A stretch of 47,147 nt of DNA from Eremomyces bilateralis CBS 781.70. Lineage: Eukaryota. The notes beneath the pieces were generated by a model that made no database searches, had not been told where the DNA came from, and worked only from the letters and a program-made list of their open reading frames with translations. Below, one piece after another: positions 21,617 through 33,561 of this stretch (within the stretch, counting starts at the first letter, position 1; each line of letters opens with the position of its first letter). Location of the stretch: the NCBI GenBank assembly GCA_010015585.1, contig ML975174.1. One strand, written 5' to 3'. The position numbers and the translations under genes are program-made.

Positions 21617-22810
21617 ATGGCACCAATTCGTACCGCTATCATTGGCCTCTCCGCCGCACCCACAGGCTCAGCCTGGGCTGCCTTAGCTCATTTTCCGTAT
21701 CTGTCCCAGTCTCCCGAATATCAGGTTGTTGCGCTTCTTAACAGCAGCAAAGAAGCAGCAGAAACAGCAATCAAGAAGTTCAACTTCCCAGGAGACACGA
21801 AGGCTTACGGCACCTCTGAAGAGCTGGCTGCGGACGATGAAGTGGATCTTGTCGTTTGTTGCATCCGTATCGATGAACACTACGCTAGCTAGAAACCTAT
21901 TTTGGAGAGAGGAAAGGCGTCGGTGTTCTGTGAATGGCCGCTTGGGGCAGACTTGAAGGAGTTTCGTGAGATGACAGATGCCATTGGGGAGACCGGGGTC
22001 GGCAATGTTGTTGGATTTCAGGGCGGCTTCACTCCCCTAGTCACTACTCTTAAGGCCCTCATCGCGGATGGGAAGATTGGGAAAGTCCTTTCTAGTACCG
22101 TGACGGCCTCTGGCATGCATGGAGGCCCGTCTACCCCGAAGGCTTATGCATTCACCGACGACCGTAAAATTGGAGCAAACACCCTCACAATCGTATTCGG
22201 CCATTGTTAGTATTTCAATCATGCAGCCCCGAACTGAGCTACCTACTGACCCTTCACAGTTACCGAGGCCCTCTTCGCCGTTGTTGGGAAATTGGCTTCA
22301 TTCAACTTGATCCTAGACACTAAGTGGCGAACGGCCACCGTTCTTGATGAGCATAATGACCTTGCAGTTTTCGGGACCCAGGACCGGACTTCTCCCGATG
22401 ATGTACTCCTGCAGGGGCGCGTCGAATCCGGGGCCCTCCTGTCTGTCCACCTTCGAGGCGGGCCGCCGAGTCCAAGCGAAACGGTCCCCGATACGATCTG
22501 GAGAATCTATGGGGAGAAGGGGGAAATCACCATCTCTTCCCCCCAACCCAACATTATTAATACCGTAGAGGGGGTAAGCATTGAGCTCCACGATCATGCG
22601 AGTCAAAAGGTGGAGAAGATCGAGATACGGAAAGATAAGCTGGAACACTTGCCAGAGCCCGCTAGGAACATAGGGAGAGTTTATGAGGCGTTTGCGGACA
22701 AGACGTGGTACCCAGATTTCCAGCATGCCCTCCGGAGATATAAACTTGTCTATGAGATTTATCGTCGCTTTGACAACGGACAACAGGATACCAAGCCTCA
22801 TTATGCCTAG
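21617..22810 (+). pseudogene. Gfo/Idh/MocA-family NAD(P)-dependent oxidoreductase (Gal80-like) with a premature stop; intron 22206-22259
   Basis: MAPIRTAIIGLS...WAALAHFPYL, DEVDLVVCCIRIDEHY, VFCEWPLG, IGKVLSS, WRIYGEKGEI, NIGRVYEAFA, YPDFQHAL; one in-frame TAG at 21890-21892 (HYAS*KPILERGK) and the same frame continues after it. Confidence 0.8.
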
Positions 22811-23526
22811 TGTTATGGTTCCAGGCCGGTCCCCTGAAACGATAGTCACGTGGCTAGGTTAGCAGTCGACGTCTTCAACATCGTGTACGCATTAGTGTCA
22901 CAGAATATACACGTCTATTTCGTAGGGAATAGGTGCCTATAGCAAAACAGTGTGGGACCCCGTCTCTGAGGTGAAAAGGGTAGAATTTGAGTAGTTAATT
23001 AACTAACTTAGTTAGTGCCAGTTGACACTTGACATGGGCATGGATAGGGGATATCTCAGCCTTAACGCCTTAGTGCCCTTGCATTGCTGCAGCTGGCATC
23101 ATCTCCGCCCTGAAAGTCACATCGATCATCATCAAATCAGTGGTCAAATCAGAATCAAATCATGTGTAACTCTCGGCAATCAAACTGGTTCTAAATCGAT
23201 GATGGGGGCTGCGCAATAATGCTTTAGGGGGGATTTCGAATTGAAACCGTCCGAATCCCCAAGTCCAACATCTCACTCTCCCCTCTCTTCCGATTCGACT
23301 AACCACGTTCTCCGCCTTCTACTCCGCCAGATCAGCACTGCCTCAGTCCATACCTCCATACTTGACCCCTCCCCGTCCTTCATGAAACGTTTCTGTCCCG
23401 TTTGATCCTGAACAGCTTCACTAAACACCCGTTTATGGTTCTCTCCCAGTTCGCGCCTTCATTTCGTCTACTATTCATGCCCCGTCCCTTCGTTTAACTA
23501 CGCGTTTCGGTGGATCAACCTTCACC

Positions 23527-26037
23527 ATGGACTCTTATACTCCCTACCTCGACCCCTTCACCAACTCTCAGCAGACCTTCCCTCCCTCCGCGACGCCTGC
23601 CGACCTCTCCCTCGACTCCTCCGGCTTGAGTTTTGACTTCGAGAGTCAACTCGGCCTCGACAATGAAGACCTGACCCTCCTCCCCTCCATCACTCCCCCT
23701 GAGCTCATGTCCGACACCCCCGAACAATCCGACTCCTCCGGCGTGTTTCCACCCCACTTCGGCATGCCCTGGAAGGGTCCGTTAACGTTCGACGACACGT
23801 CTCTCGCACAGACGACCGAATTCGACGCCGCCTTCGCACCGAACCAGAGCATGGAAGCGCATTGGGTGTTCCAACAAAATGCATACGGTTACGATGTGGG
23901 GAACCTGGGACAGCCCGTCGATCACGGTTTCCCCGCGAGCGTGCTTGAGAGCCAGAAGGCCAGTTCCCCAGACCTGATGTTTCCTCCGCCCCCCGTTCCG
24001 AGCTTTCTCCCGTTGCGCACGCGCGGCGGCACGATTTCAGCCAAGACGCAAGAGGTGGACACGCCGGTGAAGGCGTGCAAGGGGTTTCGGATCCCGGCGG
24101 AGACGCGCATCGTGCTGGAGCGATACTTTCAATCGCAACCGTATCCGGGGAACGCGCAGTTGGAAGAGCTGGCCTCTTCGACGAACCTGCAGCTCGCGAC
24201 CATCAAGAATTGGTTCAGCAATACACGCGCTCGGAGATTGAAAGGTACGTGACCATCAGCCAAGACAATGTCTTGCTAACGACTAGCAGGTGAAGCCAAC
24301 GGTCATGGCGCTCGCGCACCCGCGAAACCGGAGAGCATCAAACTGACCAAGTCCTCACTTGATGCCTTATCTGCCGATCAGCCCGTCGCCAAAGACAGTA
24401 ACCCTCTAGAACGCTTCTTGGCGACACCGTTAGAAGAAGACAATCGAGCCATCGCGATCATCAAGAATGCCTCCGCCTCTCCATGCCCCACTCCTACCCC
24501 GAATCCCATTCATAGATACACGCCGTATGGTCGAATCGAATCGGGTCGGCGAAGTCGAGCGGACTCGGTTTGTTCGGCGGCCAGCTCGGTCGGTTCAGGT
24601 GCATCATCCCCCGCACCCAGCGTGTCGGTGGTATCGTCCACCGGTCGAGCATCAAGGCGCGGGCGCCGCAGACACATACAGGCCGGTCCATCGGGCTACG
24701 TCCTGGATTCGAAGAAGGTTGTCCAATACGTGAAGAAGTTCTACTGCACGTTCTGCGGACGGGCCTTTTCCAACAAATACGAATGGAATCGGCACGAGGA
24801 ATCGGTTCACGTCCCTCAGAAGCTGTGGATTTGCTGTCCAAGCAGCATCGCTGAGCAGGAGAGATTGAGTGAATGTCCATTGTGTCCTACGACATCACCA
24901 TCCAAGGAGCATTTGGCAGCGCACAATTTCTACGAATGCGCCAACAAGCCACAAGAGCAGCGGACGTTCACGCGACGGGACCATCTTATCCAGCATATCC
25001 AGCAGTCGCACCGGAAGGAATGCACCAATCGTGATCAACTATTATCCGACATCCGCTCCACCCCCGATGACTGGGTCTTCCCCATCAGCCAAACCCAACT
25101 CGGCGACCTCCCCCTCCTCTGCGGCTTCTGCGGCAAAAAATCTGACACCTGGCCCGACCGTGTCGCGCACATCGCCGACCACTTCCGCCAAGGCACCGAC
25201 CTCTCCGAATGGTGGCTGAAGCGCCAAGCCCACTCCCTCCCCACCACGCACCCCGCCGAGCAACGTCGCTCCCGCGAGCTCACCGCTGCCGACCACTCCC
25301 TCTTCGGCCCCGCTGCCGCCCTCCACCCCTGTCGCTGCACCCACTGCCACCGCGCCTTCCCCTCCCTCGACGTCGCCCGCTCCACCCACACCATCTGCGA
25401 GTTCTTCTCCTGCTCCCTCCTTCCCGGCATCCGCTCCGCCTTCGACCCCCTCTTCACCTCCCGCTGCTACTACTGCCCCCAGGCCTTCGACAACTCCCCG
25501 GACTGGGCCGACCGCCTCATCCACCTCACCCTCATCCACAAGTACCGCGGCTGCGCGCAGGAGCAGTTTTTTAGTCGCGAGGCGTTCGCGCGACATCTGA
25601 TGGCCGAGCACCGCGGCGTGATGGAGGAGAATCGGCGGGGGGAGCTGCTGAGCGTGACGAGTGAGTGGGTACCGGAGGAGCAGCATTCGCACGGGAGGCC
25701 GTCGTCGGTAATGTTGGGGGCTGGGAGGGAGTTCGCGACGAAGAGTCGGTTGCATAAGTTTCAGGATATGTGTCAGCGAGTGGTACGAGCGCATTTCGAG
25801 GCCGTGCCGGTTGAGGTTGAGCCGGAGACGAGTCTGCCGAGAGGAAGTGAGTTGGCGGACGCGACAGCGGGGGCGGCGGTGGAGATGGAGATAGAGATGG
25901 AGATGGCGGGGTCGGGGTCGTTCGGGGAGGCAGGAATGGGTGATTCGTTTGTGGAGGATCCGTTGCGGTCAACGGTGGACCTGGGGCTTGGTCCGATGGA
26001 TACAGCGGCGTTCTATACCCAGTCATATTTGTCATAG
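23527..26037 (+). CDS. Homeobox plus C2H2 zinc-finger transcription factor; intron 24245-24289
   Basis: Homeodomain (YFQSQPYP...IKNWFSNTRARR), NPLERFLATP linker, C2H2 fingers FYCTFCGRAFSNKYEWNRHEESVH, RTFTRRDHLIQHIQQSH, CGFCG...RVAHIADHF; splicing GTACGT...GCTAAC...CAG joins the frames. Confidence 0.9.
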
Positions 26038-26537
26038 TACTCGAGACATCTGAGGAATTTAGTGAGGGACTAAGGTTTGGTCGCTGACTTACAGCTATAT
26101 TACCTCTTTGTATGCTACATCATCGTCCGGTGTTTACCTCGGATCGGTGTAATTTTGTATGACGGCTTCGTTGTTACCTACATGTAGGATGTATTTAAGT
26201 CCGCAGCCTGATGGAGAGGACGAGGAGTCTGTCAACCTCGGTGATGATGCGAGTTATAGCCTAATACATTCAAAGCCCTGTCTATAGACAATTCATCACC
26301 GCATAGTCATAGATAAATATGGATAGAAAAAAGCTCCATATGGGAAGATATCTCCAATACTAACACCTCTAGTTATAAAAATATACTCCAATTTTAACAC
26401 TTCCGGTCCTTTACATTGACATCGTCATCTCGAGCATAAAGTCTTAACTGCATCATATTTCAAAGCGCCCCGTCCTCTCCAAGTCCCGATACACTTCCCC
26501 AACCATGCTCCCACCTTAACGTTCAACTGCCGTCGAA

Positions 26538-28710
26538 TCATGCTAGGAACATTAGCAACCCATCCCCTCCTACACAACCAGAGACCACTTACCAGCGCCC
26601 GCAGTCGTCGCGGCATCCGCACTGCTCTCCGCCGCTTCCGCTTCTTCCAAGCCACTAAGATTGATCCCCACCGCCTTCGCCCACACCGGGTCGATATTCT
26701 CCTCCTTGAAATAATACGAGACGTCGGAGCCGGGCACCGTGTCGAGCAGGGAGTAACCCATGCCCAGGAACGCCCAGGGGTTCTTGTTGTAGTATTTGAT
26801 CTCGAAGTCCTCGTAGCGGGGCTTCGAGATGGTCTCAACTACTGGGGGTTAGCAAGGAGGTTAGAGGAGGGTGGGGCGGACGAACTGTAGTGCAGGGAGG
26901 AGCCAGGCCAGATGGCGTTGACGCGGCCAGTGTCGTTGTTCTTGTACCAGGAGCGGCAGGAGTCTTTCCAGACGGTGTGTTTGATCCATTCCTGGGCACG
27001 TCAGTCGATCAGTGGCGCGGAGGCCAATGGGGGGTGCGCACCTGTGCGTGCTCATTGAAGAGGTCGCTCATCTCTTGCTTTGGGACCCAGCTCTTGATGT
27101 TCTCGTTCTGCATCTTGTGGATGACGTCAACAGTGTAGTTCACCACGTACTGGAGCGGGCCTGCCACACTGCCGTTCTCGACGGGCCATGCTGCTCGGTG
27201 GTTAGCGGACGCTCAGTGAGGAAGGATAGTGACTGACTGGGTCCGATGAACATCACCATGTTCGGCATGTCGGAGACCGCGAGCCCCAGGTAGGATTCGG
27301 GGACCTTGGCCCACTTGTCGTTCAGAGAGACGCCATTTCGGCCGATGATGGGGAATCGTGGACGATAGGTTACGTCGAAACCGGTGGCGCAGATTATCGT
27401 GTCGCACTTCCGCTCTTCTCCATCGGCACCGACCACGCCCTCTTCGGTGATTCTCTCCACGGCCGTGAAGTGGACATCGATGTTCTTCTCCTGGATTGCG
27501 AGCATGTAGGGATCGCCGGGGGTGACTCTGCGGCCTGCCACGGAGACTGATCAGCTCTGGGATGGTTCCTCGTCCCGGGTTGACTTACATCCGACTTGGA
27601 ACTTTGGTGTATATCCTTGCAGCAACCTTTCGTCCTTGATGAACTCCTTCATCCTCTCCCTGAAGAGCGCTTGCCCCAGTTTCTGTCCTTCCGACTCGTG
27701 GTAGAAAGTTCCCCACATGCCGTTGATTTGATTCTCAATGTCTTTCGAGTGGGCGACCATGTTTTTCGGGTTGCTTCGGAAATTATCCTGCTCCTCTTTG
27801 GTGTATATCTTGTTTTGGCTGTGGCTGTCTGCGAATTGAACGAACCAGACACCTAGGACGATTTAGCAACTCCGTCCTGGTCTATGGGGGGGCAGTACGG
27901 ACCAGTGCGAACAAAGATATCCATATGATTGACGTGCGGCTGCATATTTGGGACGGTCTGTATTGACGATGCCCCTGAGCCGATGACCGCAACCCTGTCG
28001 TTCTTCCACTCCTCTTCTTGATAATCCTTGGGCCACCGTGCGGTATGCACAACCCGACCTTTGAACGACTTGAGACCAGGTAGATCCGGCCATTTGAAAT
28101 CGTTGAGAATCCCTGATGCGTACAGGAATAGATCGCATGTCTCCTCGAACTCTCGGACTGATCCGTCTGGTGCGGACTGACGCAAAGATATCTTCCATTT
28201 GCCTTCATCCTCCAACCACTCTGCGCGTGTCACTAAAGTATTAAAGGTCATGTATTTTCGAAGGCCAAACGCCTCGCAGACTTTGTCTAGGTACGCCCAG
28301 ATGTCAGCGGAGCGACTGAAGAATCTGGGCCAGTCAGGGTAGAGCGCCCAGTTATACGTGTATGCTGCCGATGGGACGTCGCACGCGGCACCAGGATAAC
28401 GATTCTCCAGCCATGTTCCTGGTCACCGTAAGTATGTGTGGCTACTACGACTTTCGTCATCCATGGGGTGTCAATGGGATGCGTTACCTCCAATGTCATG
28501 GTTTTTGTCGTATATGACCAGGTCCACATTCTCACAGAACTTTTGAATACTCCGCGCCATCATGATGCTGGAGAACCCAGCGCCGATAGTGAGAACCTTC
28601 AACTTGCGGTTCTTCGGGTCATTCAACACGATATTCGGAATATCATACCCACCTGCACCGGGCGTGGAATAGTCCACCTTCCCGTCGATGAGGTTGAGAT
28701 TTGGAGCCAT
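26538..28710 (-). CDS. Flavin-binding (Baeyer-Villiger-type, StcW/MoxY-like) monooxygenase; exons about 28710-28488, 28418-27903, 27852-27589, 27534-27238, 27190-27042, 26991-26886, 26838-26593, and possibly 26542-26538
   Basis: [29 protein letters not shown] fingerprint [65 protein letters not shown]. All junctions are GT-AG. The 3' end is 26570 if the last intron is not spliced. Confidence 0.9.
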
Positions 28711-29919
28711 GGCGAACTTGGAGAACGACTTTGAACAGTGAAAAATGTATAACAGAAGATGAAATATTCAAAAAGGACTTTGAAGACTGTAAGATAAACT
28801 TATAGAACAGCCAAAATCGGGAGGCGTGCGGCCATTCTACGCCCGGAGTCCCCGATCTTGACTCGATCCCGTTGCGGAGTCCAAGCCATATCGTGTGGAC
28901 GAACGCCATACCCCGCTATTCCTTCTCGCCTCGGATCTGGCTTAGGTTACAATCTGAAATTAACGTGACGATAGGTTGCAGCGAATACAGTCAAAGAAGA
29001 GGGGAATCCTTTCCCAGACAGATGTTCCTTTTGGCCCCTTGGGGCGGTTGAAGCTCTGGTAACATAATTGGATGGGGGTACAGGGTGCCCCCCACTCATA
29101 GGGAATGATCAGGTACAGAACACTTCATCTGCACCTATTTCATGTTGTAAGACGAGTGAGGGACTAGTTCCAGTTCTAAGCAGGCGGTGGGAATTATTCA
29201 TTCTAATCGTGAATCGGGGATCTCTGGAGGACGAACCCCACAGCCCCGCAGTGGGGAGGGAGGATCTGTGGAAGGACTCAATCAACGTATTGACGTATCC
29301 GTGGCCCTTGGACCCACACCGAAGGGCCACGGTGTCAGGGCACGAAGAATGAGGCAAAACTCTGTGATTCGTGATATACTAGAATCAATCTACAAAGGGG
29401 AAAGGGAGATCTAAGTGTGAGGGGAAATATTCAGTAGGCCTTGGGGTGACCACAACACATCGTGAGGCCGTAAGGCATCCACATCCCAAGGCCCCAAGGC
29501 ATCAAACTGAATTCAATCTTCGATCCTTCACACACGGATATAACTTCACGTATAACGTACTCAGTAATACTTCAGCTTTGACGTCCTTATACTGCCCTAT
29601 TGAGAGACTGTATATAGGATGAGCTTACTGACTAAACGGGGTATAAATTTGTGATTCTATCTTTAGACAAATAACATAGGCAAAAAATTTCAATGATTGA
29701 GGGCTTTCGACTAACTTATGGGATGCTAAAAAAGGTTATATATTGCTTTCCGCTATTTCCAAATACCTCCAAAAGTCCAGCCATTAGTCACGACCGTGAG
29801 AAGAACATTGTTAAGCAGCTAAAAAATGAAGACATCTCTTGGTTACAGACAGGATTCGGCCCCGTTGATCATGCCGTGCCGGACGAGTCCGATCATCGAC
29901 TATCTTTATCCCTTTCCAT

Positions 29920-30669
29920 TCAGCCCCTAACAACCGCCAGCAAGAACCCATCATACCCCTTCTCCCCCACCGTTTGCAACACCACCGCGTCCACCCGACT
30001 GTCCTTCCCCGCCAATTCCACCACCTTTCGACTCCCCCGAATCCGCTCATCCTGCTTCCCCAGCTCCTCGTCCGCCAAATTCCCTCGCCGCACCACGTTA
30101 TCCACCACGATCGTACCCCCGGGCACCGACAACTGCACCGCCACATCAAAATACTCCCAGTTATTCTGCTTGTCCGCATCGATGAACACGAACCCAAACG
30201 GCTCCCGCTTCCCCGCCTTCACCTCCTCCAACAGCCGCGGGAGCACCTCGACCCCCGCGCCCACCTCCACGCTGACCCGGTCGCTCACGCCCGCGCGCTC
30301 GAGGTTCTCCCGCGCGATCTTCGCATGGTGCGCGTCGAACTCAACCGTCACGACATTGGTGTCGGCCTTGTTGGCACCGGCACCGGCGCTGTGGCTCAGC
30401 CAGATGGTGCTGAAGGCGCCGAGGGTGCCGACTTCGAGGATGTTCGTCGCGCGCGCGGCGCGGGCGAGCAGCATGAGGAATTTGCCTTGCGAGGCGGTGA
30501 CGGCGATGTCGGGGAGGCCGCTGGCCTGCGCGTGCGCGTGAGCGGCGTCTAGGGTGGATTTGGTGGGCGCGAAGGGAGGGGCGGAGGTGTCGAGGCTCTT
30601 TTCGGTGTATTTGTCGACGGCGATCCACGCGGGAGCAGGAACACCGACTGAAGAGTTAGTGGTCGACAT
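29920..30669 (-). CDS. SAM-dependent O-methyltransferase family 3 (MdmC/caffeoyl-CoA OMT-like), intronless
   Basis: GLPDIAVTASQGKFL, ILEVGTLGAFSTIWL, FVFIDADK, IVVDNVVRRG, LQTVGEKGYDGF. Confidence 0.92.
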   Translation of the reverse strand: MSTTNSSVGVPAPAWIAVDKYTEKSLDTSAPPFAPTKSTLDAAHAHAQASGLPDIAVTASQGKFLMLLARAARATNILEVGTLGAFSTIWLSHSAGAGANKADTNVVTVEFDAHHAKIARENLERAGVSDRVSVEVGAGVEVLPRLLEEVKAGKREPFGFVFIDADKQNNWEYFDVAVQLSVPGGTIVVDNVVRRGNLADEELGKQDERIRGSRKVVELAGKDSRVDAVVLQTVGEKGYDGFLLAVVRG

Positions 30670-31912
30670 GTCTGTTGTGGGCGGATGATATTGCGATGGT
30701 TAAGTAAAATCCTTCCCGTTGATCGCGTCCACTCAAATTGTGAAGTACAGGTAATGGAGATGGAGATGTCGACGGTCTGAGTTCGATGGAAAGATGGTCT
30801 CTGGCTTTACTGATATAGGCATCGATGTCCTCCCGATGTCGCTGCTGTCCTTATCACATCATTCCTACTTTGAGAAGGTGCCATCTTCCTCTGACTCACT
30901 TGGACCATGATGTTGTGACTGAGGACGCGCAATCCGTGGGAAACTTGTGGAATGCAACGCCGCGCACCCCAGACCGGATATGGAGTCGGCGTTAAGCCAT
31001 GCGGACCGAAGTTCGCTTGAGTGGACGGAATAGAATTGTATCATAGATGTATTCGTTACGTCGCTTTTCTCGGCGGTTAGCTGAACTACCTAGCTAAAAC
31101 TCGGGAAGCTCGGGAGCTCCGAGTTCGTGTTGTGACGACAGGATGGCTTCCCTGTTCTTTACCGTGCCCAACCTAATTACGTCCTCCTTCGCGATAGGAC
31201 ATTGTTGAATGTATGGAATATTCATGTGTGCTCCTCCAAGGAGGCGCACACGCTTTGCTCCTGAGATGGATAGACGGAATTACCAATGTGTACCAAGAGG
31301 ATAAGTTGATAGAGCGAAGGGGTTCGTTTGATTTTTCCAGTTGTTGGGACGACGCCCCACAGTTCAGAAGCATCTGATTCCGTCACATTCATCATGTTTC
31401 TCGTCTTCACCAACGCCTGCAAGCGGATTTTCTTCTCACCAGAACGAAGCACATGAGAAACCTACTGTGAACTGTAATCACCGGTACTCTTTATATCTCA
31501 TAGTATTAGTCGCTCTCTCTGGTTCAACGTTCTATCCGTCATCAATCATCTGGAGCTCACTTCTCAAGCGGTGGTCCACTTACATAGGACCGAACCGTGG
31601 ATGAGACTATCGCCGCGAACCACCTAAATCGAAGTAATCGGCGCTGTCTAGACTCTGGAGTAGCTACACAATTGAGACGTTTCCTATTGCGCTCCCTTCT
31701 CCTGGAATCCTCCTTCCCACCGCGAGGAACCTGTTCCTAGCTCTATCAACAGCGTGCTCTCAAAATTTTCTCAAAATTCCCTTAATTTTTAATACCGGTC
31801 ACAGTCATCTCTATCCATAATCTTCTACCAGCACGCACTCGCACAATTGCTAGGTTCCGATTCAATCAAGAGCTGGAAAATTCCGATATCTGGGACTTCA
31901 CCCGCTGTCGCC

Positions 31913-32941
31913 ATGGCGGCTCCCCCCAGGATACACTTCGTCCGTCACGGACAGGCGTTTCATAACCTCTCTGCAGACTTATACCACCTCCCCGATCCCT
32001 TACTGACTCCCCTTGGGAAACGCCAATGCGAAGAACTCCGCAATACCTTCCCCCACCACGCCTCGATATCAATCATCATCTCCTCCCCCCTAACGCGGTG
32101 CCTCCAAACCTCCGTGCTCGCCTTCCCCGCCACGATATCCCGTCCAGGCACCCCACGACAGTCATCCTCGCGCTCGCCCTCCTCCAACACCTCCTACGCA
32201 AACTCCCCAACCAGCTCCCGCCACGAAAAATCCCGCGACCGACCCCCCCACCCCGACCTTACCTCCCCGACCGCGCCCGCCTCCGAAGTCCACCCCCGTC
32301 CGATCGTCGCGCAACCCCTCCTCCAAGAAACCTCCCATCTCCCCTGCGACACCGGCACCGCCTTTCCCCTCCTCCTTGGCGGCCTCCCGAACCTCCTCGG
32401 CATCTCCGCCGCGCGCGTCGACCTCTCGCACCTCACCGACCACGAGTGGCTGGACAAGCGGGCGAACGGCCCGCACGGGACGTCGGGGAAGTCGCTGGAA
32501 GCGCGGGCGAAGAGTGCGCGGCAGTGGTTGCGGATGCTAAGGAATAAGGGGCACACGGACGTGGCGGTGGTGTGTCATGCGGGGTTTCTGGGATGGTTGA
32601 CGGGGACGCGGAGGGCGAGTTGGGCCGTGCAGAAGGGGAAAGATCAGTGGGAGAACTGCGAGTGGCGGACGTATGAGTTTGTGAGCGGGGATGATAAGGA
32701 TGCGGTGTTGGTGGAGGCGGCGGAAAGTCGGGTGAGGAGGGGGGTGTGTTCGGAGGAGGAGGCAGCGCATGAGGAGACGGAGAAGAGTGCGGCGAGGAAG
32801 AGCTGGAAGGACTTGTTAAAGCCGAAGAAGGGGGAGAGGGATGAGGATGGTGGAGAGGGATATGGGGGGGAGATGGAGAGCCTGAATAAGGCACAGCACA
32901 CTACGCTGATGAAGAATCGAGACTGGGTAGGCGGGTATTGA
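31913..32941 (+). CDS. Histidine phosphatase / phosphoglycerate mutase-like protein
   Basis: IHFVRHGQAFHN (RHG motif), DPLLTPLG, SSPLTRCLQT, QETSHLPCDTG, VVCHAGFL, WENCEWRTYEF; ATG in a gccATGg context. Confidence 0.9.
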   Translation: MAAPPRIHFVRHGQAFHNLSADLYHLPDPLLTPLGKRQCEELRNTFPHHASISIIISSPLTRCLQTSVLAFPATISRPGTPRQSSSRSPSSNTSYANSPTSSRHEKSRDRPPHPDLTSPTAPASEVHPRPIVAQPLLQETSHLPCDTGTAFPLLLGGLPNLLGISAARVDLSHLTDHEWLDKRANGPHGTSGKSLEARAKSARQWLRMLRNKGHTDVAVVCHAGFLGWLTGTRRASWAVQKGKDQWENCEWRTYEFVSGDDKDAVLVEAAESRVRRGVCSEEEAAHEETEKSAARKSWKDLLKPKKGERDEDGGEGYGGEMESLNKAQHTTLMKNRDWVGGY

Positions 32942-33444
32942 TATCGCATGGAGGTTATGGCGAGTCTTTGGAGGATTTTTCCACTCATATGTGGACATGT
33001 CACGGATCCGACTTAATCAGGGTTTCGACTTTCACTTCCAGCTTGGGGATGGCATGGAAGGTCTAAAGTACCGTATACCTCCAGGGGCGTAAGTAACCCC
33101 ACATTGCTCCTATTAACTCCTAATTTAACGACATTGATCAAGTTCTGAATGGCACTATTCCAGATAACACTTAAGTATGCATGCATCGGGTCTAGATACC
33201 ATCTCCCGACTTCATGACCACATCATCCATCGAATATCGCGCTACACCGCTGTATATCCCCCCGCCCGTACATGTCTATCCGCCTGCGAAACTTATCCCA
33301 CGCCCAACCACCCCTCTCCCTCGTCCTCATCCCACAATTCAGCGAATCCTACTCTACTCAACACCATAAAACCTCAACATCGAACTTCAATCCATTGCTA
33401 GCCACGCAGCCTAGCTCTCCCCACATCAAGCATCCCTCATTCCC

Positions 33445-33561
33445 TCACAGAATGGTGCAGGGAATAATACAGCAGCTGCAGCTGTCGCCGCATTCGAGGC
33501 ATTTGGTGTCGGCGGGTTTGGGTTTGAGGACGGAGGGGACCGAGGTGGTGGAGGCGGGCAT
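33445..33561 (-). CDS. Small Cys-rich CaaX-box peptide MPASTTSVPSVLKPKPADTKCLECGDSCSCCIIPCTIL (38 aa); 5'UTR intron about 33612-33676
   Basis: Translated by hand (below the ORF-track cutoff). Good start context ccgccacaATG, mostly C-ending codons, ends CTIL-stop (CaaX); upstream GTAAGT...CTGAC...CCCCCAG intron. Confidence 0.7.
   Translation of the reverse strand: MPASTTSVPSVLKPKPADTKCLECGDSCSCCIIPCTIL

Noticed and set aside
29920..30669. Recent bacterial horizontal transfer of the intronless O-methyltransferase
   Set aside because: This family is widespread in fungi and the gene shows the host-type C-to-G compositional pattern; no support without a phylogeny
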